Of a DNA stretch of 64,000 nt, positions 11,768 through 21,498 are shown piece by piece. The position numbers were made by a program, and so were the translations under genes. Where the stretch lies: positions 538,435 through 602,434 of the forward strand of contig JBAZKL010000002.1 of the NCBI GenBank assembly GCA_041650835.1. Direction: 5' to 3'. Under the pieces are notes generated by a model. The model made no database searches. It was given only the letters and a program-made list of their open reading frames with translations, and had not been told where the DNA came from. Each line of letters starts with the position of its first letter. Position 1 is the first letter of the stretch. Source of the DNA: Candidatus Omnitrophota bacterium (GTDB lineage: Bacteria; Omnitrophota; Gorgyraeia; Gygaellales; Profunditerraquicolaceae).

Positions 11768-13227
11768 CCGATCTCAAAATCAGTCACGTCTTTCTTTCCT
11801 TCTTTTCGCTTAGTCGTATATTTAGTCTTGACTTCTTTGAAATATTTAGATTTCTCCATGCTATCAACGAACGAAAAAACCGCCGACATGGAATCAGCGG
11901 TCCCTTTTACCGTAAACTTCCCCTGGTCATCAAAGCGGATATCATTTAACGCCAGGTCCAAGGGGCTGATCGTATAAAGCTCCGTCAAAACTTCTAAAGA
12001 ATACCCCCTGCTGAATAAATAATTCTTGATCAGGCTGATCTTAGCTGAATCATTTTCTAATTTCACCGCCTGCTCATGGATAGCGGTGAACTCATGGCCG
12101 ATTTTCTTTAGATAAGCGTTTTTAAAATAAATCTGAGCGCCCATCGTAAAAAGCAGGACAATTAAAAACAACAGGGCCAAAATACCCGTTTTGACCATAT
12201 CCCGGCCGCGGGCTTCGAGAACTTTTTTTAACTTGATCTCTTCCGGGACCAGATCGACTTTGAGCTCATCGCAAAGCAGCGCCGCGGCAATCCCGCTCAG
12301 GAATGACAGCCGCTTGGCTTGCGTGGCGACAACAGAGGCGGCGACCTGGATCTGCAGACCTTTCAAATAAGGAGCTTCTTTTACCGGTATCTGCAAAGAA
12401 TCACCCAGCATTTTTTCTAACTCCGGCACTTCAGCCGTCGCGCCGGTAATGATGACCGATTGAGGCGGTTTCTCGATATTCTCAGCCTGATACGCCTCAA
12501 GTGATTTCTTAGCTTCCTCCAGGAACTTAACCTGATACTTCTCTTTTTCAGACGCCAACTGCTGCGCGCCTATTGCAAGAGCGCGGACAAAGATCACTTT
12601 ATGTTTGAACATAACGAAGAAATCACTTATTGTTTCATCGATATTGATAATGCTCGTCGGATATTCCGCGGTATCGCTTTTAGTGCTCTTGAGGATGAAC
12701 CTGCCCACTGCTTCAGGCGCAAAGTACACACGCTCAAAAGGAAATCCCGCCTTTGAGGCTATTTCAAAATGGCGCTTGACGACATTGCGGGCAACCATAA
12801 CAAGCAGCACTTTTGTGTAATTACGCTTATACGTGCCGATATCAATATAATCCACAATGATCTCTTCCCGGGAATACGGCGTGTGCCGGCCGGCCTGAAG
12901 GCTGATGATCTCTTTTATTTCCTGAGGGTTCGTTGAAGGGACTTCAATATTCTTTGTGATCAATAACTGTGAAGGCAACACATCGAACAAGCGCAACGGC
13001 TTAACATTCAAAGCGGTAAGAGCGGTATTGAGCAACTTGGCAATATCGGCGTCATTGGCCCCTGTCACCATATGGTTGGCCAGGGTCACGACTTCCTTCT
13101 TGTTCGGCGGCACAATTTTAATATAAGACAGTTTAAGATTATTGCCGCTGAGATCAAGCGTTACGATACCCGGCGAAACATTCAAACGGGTGAGAAAATT
13201 CAGTGATTGAAGACCTATTTTTTTCAT
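11749..13227 (-). CDS. GspL-like protein (cytoplasmic PilM-like actin-fold domain, TM helix, PilN-like periplasmic domain)
   Basis: 492 aa. The N-terminal roughly 330 aa resemble PilM/GspL cytoplasmic domains. A TM helix follows (GILALLFLIVLLFTMGAQIYF), then a periplasmic domain of about 130 aa. The gene is in the gspL slot between the gspK-like and gspM-like genes. Confidence 0.65.
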   Translation of the reverse strand: MKKIGLQSLNFLTRLNVSPGIVTLDLSGNNLKLSYIKIVPPNKKEVVTLANHMVTGANDADIAKLLNTALTALNVKPLRLFDVLPSQLLITKNIEVPSTNPQEIKEIISLQAGRHTPYSREEIIVDYIDIGTYKRNYTKVLLVMVARNVVKRHFEIASKAGFPFERVYFAPEAVGRFILKSTKSDTAEYPTSIINIDETISDFFVMFKHKVIFVRALAIGAQQLASEKEKYQVKFLEEAKKSLEAYQAENIEKPPQSVIITGATAEVPELEKMLGDSLQIPVKEAPYLKGLQIQVAASVVATQAKRLSFLSGIAAALLCDELKVDLVPEEIKLKKVLEARGRDMVKTGILALLFLIVLLFTMGAQIYFKNAYLKKIGHEFTAIHEQAVKLENDSAKISLIKNYLFSRGYSLEVLTELYTISPLDLALNDIRFDDQGKFTVKGTADSMSAVFSFVDSMEKSKYFKEVKTKYTTKRKEGKKDVTDFEIGCLLER

Positions 13228-13236
13228 TGTCGTGTT

Positions 13237-14241
13237 TTAAGAAACCTGGCGCCAATACAGGATTTCCCCTTTTTTATTGATCACACAGCGGACTTCCGCG
13301 GAATTCCTTCCTGAGTGAGATGCAGCAACCGAACGGACCATAAAATTGCCGGATTGCACTTGCAGGGAATTTTCAACTAAAGCGCTCAAAGAAGCCACCT
13401 CTGCCGGGCTTAAATTATATGCTTCACTTACCATAGGCACAATATCAGCGGCAGAAAGAAACACTTCATCATCTTCCGTGGCTTCCAAACCGTCTTTGCC
13501 GTTTCGTAACAAGAGTACCTTCTCGGCCAAATCTTCAGAAAAACCTATTGCCAAAAGGACCTCACGCGAAGCTGTATTAATATTGATCTTCCCGTTGCCG
13601 AAAACGGTCAGAAAAGGACTCACCCGGTTAAAGAGCGACTGTGTCACCTCTTTTACCAGGAGCAATTCATCTAAAACCTCAAAATCAGCGTTTTTTGCGT
13701 CATAGGGATACTTCAAATTCTTATAATACGAATCTTCCGCGCTGCCGGTCGATATTGAAAGCGCTGAATCCGCGTCGCGCCAGTCTATTATTGACGCTGC
13801 CAGTTCCTGCGACTGTTCTTCATCTAAAACGCCCGCGGCTATAAAGATACGGGATAAAATCGTGATATCGGCCTTATTGATATTGATCTTTCTTTCTTCA
13901 TCGATCAGGCCGTAACGCAATTCACCCGTCCCTCTATTATAACAAATATTAACCGTTGCGTCACCTATTTCTATCATTTTAAAATAATCCTGGTTATTGC
14001 TCCAAGGTTCTTTTAACGCGTGGCATTTTTTCTCGGTTTCGTTTAACATGAATGCTATCGCCTTCTTGACGCCGGCCTCAGCGCCGGAACATAATTGAGC
14101 GCGCCCTTCCAGGCGTTTAGCGAGCGTTAATTTCTGTCTGACCCCGAAACCCAGCTGCACCGCGAAAACCGTCAAAAGAAAAAGCGACCAGAGCGCTATG
14201 ATCAAAATGCTGGCTTTATTCGCGTTCACCGGATTTACCAT
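13237..14241 (-). CDS. GspK-like minor pseudopilin
   Basis: 334 aa with an N-terminal TM or prepilin-like helix and two HhH-like segments (ININKADITILSRI and ININTASREVLLAIGF) typical of T2SS protein K. It sits in the gspK slot. Confidence 0.6.
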   Translation of the reverse strand: MVNPVNANKASILIIALWSLFLLTVFAVQLGFGVRQKLTLAKRLEGRAQLCSGAEAGVKKAIAFMLNETEKKCHALKEPWSNNQDYFKMIEIGDATVNICYNRGTGELRYGLIDEERKININKADITILSRIFIAAGVLDEEQSQELAASIIDWRDADSALSISTGSAEDSYYKNLKYPYDAKNADFEVLDELLLVKEVTQSLFNRVSPFLTVFGNGKININTASREVLLAIGFSEDLAEKVLLLRNGKDGLEATEDDEVFLSAADIVPMVSEAYNLSPAEVASLSALVENSLQVQSGNFMVRSVAASHSGRNSAEVRCVINKKGEILYWRQVS

Positions 14242-14250
14242 TCCACCCTC

Positions 14251-14892
14251 TTACCCGCTTACCGGGATATTCACGGTCCTGGTTAAATAAAACACTTCCT
14301 CCCCCCGCAAAAACTCGATTTCCATCCGAACGGCTAACGGTACGGCATCCTGCAACCATTCTTCATGCCAGATATATTCCTTCTTCTCATCATCAAGATC
14401 ATAATACAGGAACCTAAGCGATCGTATATGCTCCAAGCCGCCTGCGTAAGCGTTCTTTTCTTCAGTAAAGACCGCGCTGTAATCAAATTGATCCCGGCGC
14501 AGGGTCCCCGCTGAACGGTCATAACGATAGGCTATTTTTCCCACGCTTGCCTGCTCCATGCGCGCGCTCAAAACGATACTGGCAAACTCCAGGGTATCGG
14601 CCTTTCCGATAAAACTGATGTTTTTAAGTTTAACGCAATTCCTCAAGTCAGAAGTAAATTTATCAAAGAAAATATTTATGTCTTCCTGGGGAAGCTGGCG
14701 GTTAAGCCGCTGCCATATTTTTATCCCGTTATTAAATGCCGAGAAAATCGCCAAAGAAACAACCGACATCATCATCGTCACAATAAGGATCTCGATCAGG
14801 GTAAACCCGCGCAGGATACGTCCTCTTACTTTATTCCGCTTGCCGCAGCGCATACACAGCCCTTTTGACTTGGAAATCATTTTTACTCTCAT
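14251..14892 (-). CDS. GspJ-like pseudopilin (prepilin-type N-terminal methylation domain)
   Basis: 213 aa with the motif RGFTLIEILIVTMMMSVV near the N-terminus. It sits between the gspI-like and gspK-like genes. Confidence 0.55.
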   Translation of the reverse strand: MRVKMISKSKGLCMRCGKRNKVRGRILRGFTLIEILIVTMMMSVVSLAIFSAFNNGIKIWQRLNRQLPQEDINIFFDKFTSDLRNCVKLKNISFIGKADTLEFASIVLSARMEQASVGKIAYRYDRSAGTLRRDQFDYSAVFTEEKNAYAGGLEHIRSLRFLYYDLDDEKKEYIWHEEWLQDAVPLAVRMEIEFLRGEEVFYLTRTVNIPVSG

Positions 14893-15226
14893 GCCGGGAG
14901 AGTGCCAGCTCTATCGCATACAAACTACTCCCGTCGCCCTCCGGCGCACCGGACACTTGCCACGTATAGGTCCGCCCCTCCACGATTATTTCGCCTTCCG
15001 CAGCCGTCGCATCATACGCTCCGGTACGGGTAAAAGAATCCTGGACCTCCCACAGCTTATCATCCATCCAGGGAGCTACGTTCAGATAGTTTTCGTAATA
15101 ATTATACGCGCGCAAAGAAACAAAGAACGCTTCATAAATAAAAACGATACCCAGCGAAAGTATTGTGGTAGTCACCAGGATCTCGATCAGGGTAAACCCG
15201 CGCTTCTTATTCAAGATCACTCCCAA
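14831..15226 (-). CDS. GspI-like minor pseudopilin
   Basis: 131 aa with the prepilin N-terminus KRGFTLIEILVTTTILSLGIV. The gene overlaps its neighbours on both sides, which suggests translational coupling. Confidence 0.55.
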   Translation of the reverse strand: MGVILNKKRGFTLIEILVTTTILSLGIVFIYEAFFVSLRAYNYYENYLNVAPWMDDKLWEVQDSFTRTGAYDATAAEGEIIVEGRTYTWQVSGAPEGDGSSLYAIELALSRHESKNDFQVKRAVYALRQAE

Positions 15227-15624
15227 TTCTTAATATCATCAGCGCTTTCAGCTCCGTCTTTACCTAACGAATAAAGATCGTAATCCGCCCTATGGTCTCC
15301 CGGTGATTTATACTTATATTCTCTTGCCCAGGGGTCAAGAGGCTTTTTTTCCACATAAGGGCCGTGCCAGTTAGGGGCTGATGATGGCTTCGCCATTAAA
15401 GCGTTCAAACCTTCTTCAGTAGTAGGAAAACTGCCGTTATCTAATTCATAGAGCTTTAAAGCGGTAGCGATATTGGCGGATATATCCGCTTGCGCGGCGG
15501 CAGCACGCGCCTGTTCGCCTCTTCCCGTAAGCCGGGGCATGACCATAGCGACCAGCGCCCCGATAATAATAACTACCAGCATCAATTCTATTAACGTAAA
15601 AGCCCTTGTTTTCTTATTATCCAT
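15217..15624 (-). CDS. gspG: type II secretion major pseudopilin GspG
   Basis: 135 aa with the class-III signal peptide and methylation motif (RAFTLIELMLVVIIIGALVAM). It also has the GspG-specific C-terminal calcium-site motif YSLGKDGAESADD. Confidence 0.8.
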   Translation of the reverse strand: MDNKKTRAFTLIELMLVVIIIGALVAMVMPRLTGRGEQARAAAAQADISANIATALKLYELDNGSFPTTEEGLNALMAKPSSAPNWHGPYVEKKPLDPWAREYKYKSPGDHRADYDLYSLGKDGAESADDIKNWE

Positions 15625-15693
15625 ACGCTCCTCCTTTAAGTAATACCCTTTTCACAGTAATACATAGCGGTGTTAAATTAATAAAACAAGTTA

Positions 15694-16156
15694 AGTCTAA
15701 AGGATAAAGGATAAATAACAAAGGAAGGTTTAAGGTTCAAGGTTTAATTTTAAAATTTAACCTTTATTCTTTGGATTTCCTTTGTTCTTTAGACTTTAAC
15801 CTTTATCATTAACGTTAAATCACCCAACTCCTTGACCTAACAACTAAACTAACATCTTAACCTTAACCACAACCTATAACTATGGACCATCGACTACCCG
15901 TGTCTTGTGACTTTATTATTGGTAGTTAGGTATATGACTAGTTAAGTCTAAAGGATAAATAACAAAGGAAGGTTTAAGGTTCAAGGTTTAATTTTAAAAT
16001 TTAACCTTTATTCTTTGGATTTCCTTTGTTCTTTAGACTTTAACCTTTATCATTAACGTTAAATTACCCAACTCCTTGACCTAACAACCAAACTAACATC
16101 TTAACCTTAACCACAACCTATAACTATGAACCATGGATCGAGGACCATCGACTACG
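15694..16156. repeat. two tandem copies (period about 251 bp) of an imperfect-palindrome intergenic element
   Basis: 15694–15896 and 15945–16156 are more than 90% identical. Each contains a roughly 100-bp inverted repeat (GTCTAAAGG...AACAAAGGAAGG...AAGGTTTAATTTTAAAATTTAACCTT...CCTTTGTT...CTTTAGAC). A tail follows, ending in CTATGGACCATCGACTA. Confidence 0.8.
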
Positions 16157-16173
16157 TATGACCTGTGTTGCTC

Positions 16174-17058
16174 CTAATTGTTAGACAAGTACTCCTTCCA
16201 ACGCAACTCAAATTCATCGAGGGTGCGCATCTGGGTCGGAAAGACTGAAGCTAACGCGTCCGCAAGGGACTTCCCGTCGCGCAACTGCCGGCACAACTGG
16301 GCAAAATCAAGAGCTCCGTATTTTTCAATAAGAAACCCTACTAAAGAGGCGGACTGAATATAATACGTATTTACCAAAGCTTCGCCGCTTAAAGCCAGAT
16401 TTGCCCTTTGGCCGCTTTTTGTCAAAACAGAACGGATAAAGATCTTATCCATCTGCTTAACTTTTCTGATATCCAGACGCATCATATCAGAGATAGATAA
16501 CAAGGTATCATTGGCAAATAACTTTTTAACAAGAGAACGTATCAAAGCCCGCTTCTGAACCTCTTCCCATTGCGCTACCCCTTCGTCAAGCCACAAAGGG
16601 ACTTCCCCCTTAAAACCGACAAAATCACGGAATATTAAGTGCGTTATTTCATGCGGCAGGATAGAATCAAGGAAATCCCTGCTGAAAGCGTAACTAAAGA
16701 CCGCTTTTTTCGCATAATCGGCTAAACCATGCGACCAGTCGGGATGGCCTCCCGATCTCACAAACGACTCATGGTCGGAGTAGATATAGATCTTGACGCG
16801 GTTATCCCAGGTCCAGAATTCAGAAGCCCGGGAATATCCCAGGTCAGAAGCGATCCGCCCGTAGTATCCTTCAGCTTTATCCAAAACCTTCTTGACGAAA
16901 TCATTGTCCGAGACGAAATAAACAATAAAATGCTCGCCCTTTGCTTCTTTCCAGCTTTCAGCGTAAGACCGCGTAGCTCCCCAAACACTCACCCCAAAAA
17001 AGAACAAACAGGAAAGAACGAATATCTTGTGATAAGAACGCTTTAATGACGGCATCAT
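16174..17058 (-). CDS. secreted putative zinc metallopeptidase-like protein (HEXXH motif)
   Basis: 294 aa with an N-terminal signal peptide and an HEITH motif. The sequence resembles peptidase_MA-like families. Its start abuts the stop of the histidine kinase gene. Confidence 0.45.
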   Translation of the reverse strand: MMPSLKRSYHKIFVLSCLFFFGVSVWGATRSYAESWKEAKGEHFIVYFVSDNDFVKKVLDKAEGYYGRIASDLGYSRASEFWTWDNRVKIYIYSDHESFVRSGGHPDWSHGLADYAKKAVFSYAFSRDFLDSILPHEITHLIFRDFVGFKGEVPLWLDEGVAQWEEVQKRALIRSLVKKLFANDTLLSISDMMRLDIRKVKQMDKIFIRSVLTKSGQRANLALSGEALVNTYYIQSASLVGFLIEKYGALDFAQLCRQLRDGKSLADALASVFPTQMRTLDEFELRWKEYLSNN

Positions 17059-20000
17059 TTATGTGCTTTTCGGCGCAGGCAAAGCGGGAAAAACTATCCT
17101 GAAGGTCGTCCCCTGCCCCTCTTTACTTTCAACGCTTATGGAAGCTTGATGGGCTTTAATGATATCCGCGACTATCGACAAGCCTAAACCAATGCCTTCT
17201 TCAATTTTCTTGGTCGTGAACATCGGCTCAAAGATACGCGGCAGATCGGTATCTTTTATGCCGATACCGGTATCTGAAATAGTCGCGATGACTTTATTCA
17301 TTGCCTGTTCATACTGCGTTCCCAGGCCGATGATCCCGCCGTCTCTTTGAGGTTTTTGTTCAATAGCCCATTTAGCGTTGGCGATAATATTAAAAATGAC
17401 CTGCTGCAATAAAAGGGCGTCCCCCATGATCGGCGGGACATCCTGCTGCAATTGCTTCTGAAAAGAAATATTCTTGAATTTAAATTCCTGGTTCTTGATC
17501 AGGTAAACCTTTTCAATGACCTCGTTAAGTTGCATATTCTGCAAGCTCACCCTGGTACCGGTGGAAGCGCAGCTGAACGAAGAAATGATATTCTTGCACA
17601 AAACCGCCGATTCCTCAATGAACGCTATCTGTTCTTTTAAATCGGCATAACTGAATTCTTTCTTTTGCGCGAATTTTATCTTCAAGACTTTTACGTTATT
17701 CAAAACAACGCTTAACGGATCAATGATCTGATGCGATATCCCGCTTGCTATCTGGACCAGAGACGCTCCGCCGGCAGAATTCACGCCCGGCTGAACGCCG
17801 GTATCTGCGGCAGGCGTATTTTTCAGCTGCTGCTCTTCTTTTAATTTGCGTTCTGCGGCTTCTAAAGCCGATTCCAACTGCTTTTTTTCCAGTTCTTTTT
17901 GCTCGATTATTTTTAAGGCATCCTGATGCTCCTTGACAGTAACCGTGTTTACATATCCCGCCGCTTTTTCCTGATTCAACAGGGTTAAAGCTGTTTCGAT
18001 CCTTTGCCGCTGAACTTCTTTCTGCTCGGCCATCTGGAGCGCTTCTTCCAGCTGTTTCTGCCGCTCACTCGATCGCATGACTTCCTGCTGATATTTATAT
18101 TCCAGCTCCTTAAACTTCACTTCAAATTGCTTACATTCCCCCGCTTGCTGCTCCCGCGCTTTAAACGACATCGCCTCATCCTGCGCTTTATGTTCTGAAT
18201 TTATTTTCTCCAATTCCGCGTTGTGTTTTTGCTCCATCTCCTTTAACGCCGCTTCCAGCTGCTTCCAGGCAGATTCTTTTTGTTCGATCGTTTTTAACGC
18301 CGCCTCCAGCTGCTCATGTTCCCTGCTGACTTTCAATAGTTCAGCCGCATGCTTAGCTTCTTCTTCCCGTAAAGCAGCTTCCAGCTGTTTACGGGCGGAT
18401 TCTTTTTGTTCAAGCAAGGAAAGCGTTTCTTCTAACTGCTTATGCTCAAGTTCGAGCTTCGAATACTCATCATCATAGCTGGTTTTAGCCCGCGACAACG
18501 ATTCTTCAAGCCTTCTCAACAACGCATCTTTTTCACCCAACTCCCGCGACAACGAATCCGATTTCTTATCGCTCTCTAAAGCCCTGCCTGATTCCTGAGA
18601 ACAACGTTGTTCTGCCGCTTTAAGCGCTTCAGCAAGCTGCCGTTTTTCCTGGTTAGACTTCTCTAAAACCTTTAAAGCTTCTTCAAGCTGGCTGCCGTGC
18701 GCTTGTGCTTTCGCGGATTCAAGCTTTAACGTATCCACTAATTGCTGGCGGTCGACCCTGCTTTCTTCAAGCGCCTTCAAATATTCCTGACTACGCTTAT
18801 TCTCCTCATCTGATCTTGCCGATGCTTCTATAAGCTTTTTTTCGGTCTCTTTTAAAATATGCCGAAGCTGCTCCTGCTGCCGGTCTCGATCCGCCCCATC
18901 CTTATGTTCAAAGGACGCTAAAGCTTCTTCGAGCCTTTTAAGGTCAATTTCTTTTTGCTGAATGATCTTTAAGGCACCATCATATTGTTTATTCGACCGG
19001 TCTCGCCTGGATTCCTCCTCAATCAGCTTTTGCTCAATACGTTCAAAGGCCCCCTGAAGCTCTTTACTTTCGGCGCTTTTCAGCTGCAAAGCGCGCAATG
19101 CCTCTTCGAGCTGTTTATGTCCCTCTGAAAGCTTTGCCAAAGCTTCAGCATATTTTTGCTCCGACGCATCTAACGCCTTTTCAAGAACGATACGCGCCTG
19201 TTCTTTTTCCTGAACGGCTTTTAAGGCTTCGGCACTTTGATTGGCAGCGCTTGCCGGCGCTTGAGATTCCAGGAGGCTTTTCCGGGCTAAGGTTAACGCG
19301 GCTTGAAACTCCTTTTTCTCCCGTTCTTTTTCATCAATCAGGCGCAATGCTCCATCGCGCTGCTTCCTAAGCTCAAGGGCGTGCTGGGACTCTTCGGTGT
19401 ACCTATTGCGCATTTCTTTTAAGGCATTTTCCAGGTCCCAGCACCGCTTCTTATTGTCCTCTAACTCCTGCGCTAATTCATTCAGGCGGCCCTGTTGCGT
19501 ATCAACTCCATCAGCGCAGTTGACATACGGCGAGACCGCTTTTTCCCCGAGGCGGGCGGAAATAGCAACCACGATACCGGGACTACCGTTGCCCTTGACC
19601 GATTCGATCAAAGCTTCACGTTGCCGAACGGGAATGAGCGAGTCATCTTTATTAACGCATACTGTTTCTAAGACGACCTCTTTCTTTTCCCGGAGGACTT
19701 CCTCAAATACCAGGGACATCTTCGTTAATTCTTCTTTCGGGTACAACTGCGTTAACTTCATGCGCGAGAACTGCTCTTTGAAATAACCGAAGAATTCTTC
19801 CGCTCTCTTATTAACATCGATAATATTGCCTTCTCCGTCAGTAACCACGAGCACATCGCTGGTTTCATTGAAGATCGTACTGCATTTTTTCTCGGACACA
19901 CGCAATCGTGTATCGGATTTCTTGAACTCCTTAAAAATATAAGCAAAAAAAACGGTGATAAAGATGAAAAAAAGGCGCGTTAAGAATTCCGGGGTTTTAG

Positions 20001-20145
20001 GAAGGAAAAGCTGTTGAAAGAAGCTTCCGCCCTGGAAAGCGTAATCCGCGATCGAATCGATGATCCAGAAAACAGGCCCGAGGCATAGGATTATCGCGGG
20101 GATAATATATTTAACAACCGGGAATGTTTTATTTTGATTATTCAT
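17059..20145 (-). CDS. sensor histidine kinase (2 TM helices, PAS domain, roughly 500-aa coiled coil, HisKA and HATPase_c)
   Basis: 1028 aa. Two N-terminal TM helices are followed by a PAS-like segment (VLVVTDGEGNIIDVNKRAEEFFGY). Long heptad-rich repeats of the form LEEALK..EQK come next. HisKA and HATPase_c motifs follow (...GIGLGLSIVADII...GQGTTFRIVFP). No receiver domain is present. Confidence 0.8.
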   Translation of the reverse strand: MNNQNKTFPVVKYIIPAIILCLGPVFWIIDSIADYAFQGGSFFQQLFLPKTPEFLTRLFFIFITVFFAYIFKEFKKSDTRLRVSEKKCSTIFNETSDVLVVTDGEGNIIDVNKRAEEFFGYFKEQFSRMKLTQLYPKEELTKMSLVFEEVLREKKEVVLETVCVNKDDSLIPVRQREALIESVKGNGSPGIVVAISARLGEKAVSPYVNCADGVDTQQGRLNELAQELEDNKKRCWDLENALKEMRNRYTEESQHALELRKQRDGALRLIDEKEREKKEFQAALTLARKSLLESQAPASAANQSAEALKAVQEKEQARIVLEKALDASEQKYAEALAKLSEGHKQLEEALRALQLKSAESKELQGAFERIEQKLIEEESRRDRSNKQYDGALKIIQQKEIDLKRLEEALASFEHKDGADRDRQQEQLRHILKETEKKLIEASARSDEENKRSQEYLKALEESRVDRQQLVDTLKLESAKAQAHGSQLEEALKVLEKSNQEKRQLAEALKAAEQRCSQESGRALESDKKSDSLSRELGEKDALLRRLEESLSRAKTSYDDEYSKLELEHKQLEETLSLLEQKESARKQLEAALREEEAKHAAELLKVSREHEQLEAALKTIEQKESAWKQLEAALKEMEQKHNAELEKINSEHKAQDEAMSFKAREQQAGECKQFEVKFKELEYKYQQEVMRSSERQKQLEEALQMAEQKEVQRQRIETALTLLNQEKAAGYVNTVTVKEHQDALKIIEQKELEKKQLESALEAAERKLKEEQQLKNTPAADTGVQPGVNSAGGASLVQIASGISHQIIDPLSVVLNNVKVLKIKFAQKKEFSYADLKEQIAFIEESAVLCKNIISSFSCASTGTRVSLQNMQLNEVIEKVYLIKNQEFKFKNISFQKQLQQDVPPIMGDALLLQQVIFNIIANAKWAIEQKPQRDGGIIGLGTQYEQAMNKVIATISDTGIGIKDTDLPRIFEPMFTTKKIEEGIGLGLSIVADIIKAHQASISVESKEGQGTTFRIVFPALPAPKST

Positions 20146-20230
20146 GCAGGATACACCTTGTATAATCTATGGGCTATGGACCATCGACTATAGACCATTA
20201 CCCCAGTTAATCTCTCAATTTCAGCCTTAC

Positions 20231-21448
20231 CTAATGAGCCATGACATTGATCTCAAATATCGGCAAAAGCATGGCGATAACAATAAAACCGACGATAAGG
20301 CCCATGCCCAGTATCATTAAAGGCTCCAAAAGACTGCTCATGACCTTGATCGCCTCATCGGTATCCCGCTCATATGAAGAGGCGACTTCCGATAATGCTT
20401 CATCTAATTTCCCTGATTCTTCCCCCACAATAAGCAAATTGGTCATGAAAAGCGGAAAAAGCGAGGCATTTTTCAAGCTCCTGCCAAAAGAACCTCCCTG
20501 CTCCAGGTCTTTGTAACTCGTACGCAATTTCCCTTTTATCACTTCATTCTCTAATATCGGGATACCGACCTCAAGCGCCTTTAAAATAGGGATCCCGCTC
20601 TTGATCAACAGTTCCAGCGTCCGGCAGAAACGCGAAAGTTCAGCCTTAAGGATGAATTTACCGAATACCGGGACATGAAGCTTAAAGACGCTTAAAAAAG
20701 ACCTGCCGGCGGTTGATTTTAATTGCTTAGCTGCGACGAAGATTACCGCGACCAGGACCAGGAGTATCCAAACGCCCCAGTGCCGCAAACCTTCACTGAC
20801 ACTTATAAGTATCCTCGTCGGAAGAGGCAATTTCTGGTCTATATTGTTATAAATATTAAGCAGCCGGGGCATGACAAACGTAAGCATAAAAATGATCGTG
20901 CCGACACCGACCATCGCCATAAGCATGGGATACGCCATCGCCATCCGGAAACGCGCGAACATCTCTTCTTGTTTGGAACGGTATTCGGAAATCCGCAGCA
21001 GCATCTCAGGCAAAGAACCGCTGTCTTCTCCGACACGGACCATCGCGATATAAATAGGAGGAAAAATCCGAGGATATTGCATCAAGGTCGCGGAAAAAGT
21101 TGAGCCTTCTTTAACCGCGTCATGGATATTCCTGACCATGGCTTTCAGGGAGGAATTCTCCGATTGTTCAGAAATGATATTAAGGGCGGCGAGAATTGGT
21201 ACCCCTGCTTTAAGGAGGCTGGCTAATTGGCGGCTTATAATAGTGATTTCCGCGGAACGGACATTACCGGTAAACCTGTTGAAAGAGGTTGTTTCACGGG
21301 CAGCAGAAACGCCGCATTCCTCTATATGGACGGGAATGTAGCCCAAAGCGCTGATCCTTTCAATAGCTTCTTTTTCAGAACGGCCCTCAATCCTGCCTTC
21401 AACAATATTCTGAGGGTCTTTTTTAGCGCGATACGAATATACAGGCAT
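20231..21448 (-). CDS. gspF: type II secretion / type IV pilus platform protein GspF/PilC
   Basis: 405 aa with two paralogous GspF-type cytoplasmic domains and three TM segments. It lies downstream of the gspE-like gene. Confidence 0.85.
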   Translation of the reverse strand: MPVYSYRAKKDPQNIVEGRIEGRSEKEAIERISALGYIPVHIEECGVSAARETTSFNRFTGNVRSAEITIISRQLASLLKAGVPILAALNIISEQSENSSLKAMVRNIHDAVKEGSTFSATLMQYPRIFPPIYIAMVRVGEDSGSLPEMLLRISEYRSKQEEMFARFRMAMAYPMLMAMVGVGTIIFMLTFVMPRLLNIYNNIDQKLPLPTRILISVSEGLRHWGVWILLVLVAVIFVAAKQLKSTAGRSFLSVFKLHVPVFGKFILKAELSRFCRTLELLIKSGIPILKALEVGIPILENEVIKGKLRTSYKDLEQGGSFGRSLKNASLFPLFMTNLLIVGEESGKLDEALSEVASSYERDTDEAIKVMSSLLEPLMILGMGLIVGFIVIAMLLPIFEINVMAH

Positions 21449-21498
21449 AAGCTCTACCTATTTTTAGGAATATCACCCCGAAAGGAACAGTCTATTGA

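Noticed and set aside
15694-16156. Possible CRISPR array
   Set aside because: There are only two repeat copies, with a roughly 250-bp period. The units are long imperfect palindromes rather than 25–40-bp repeats with unique spacers, and no cas genes are present.
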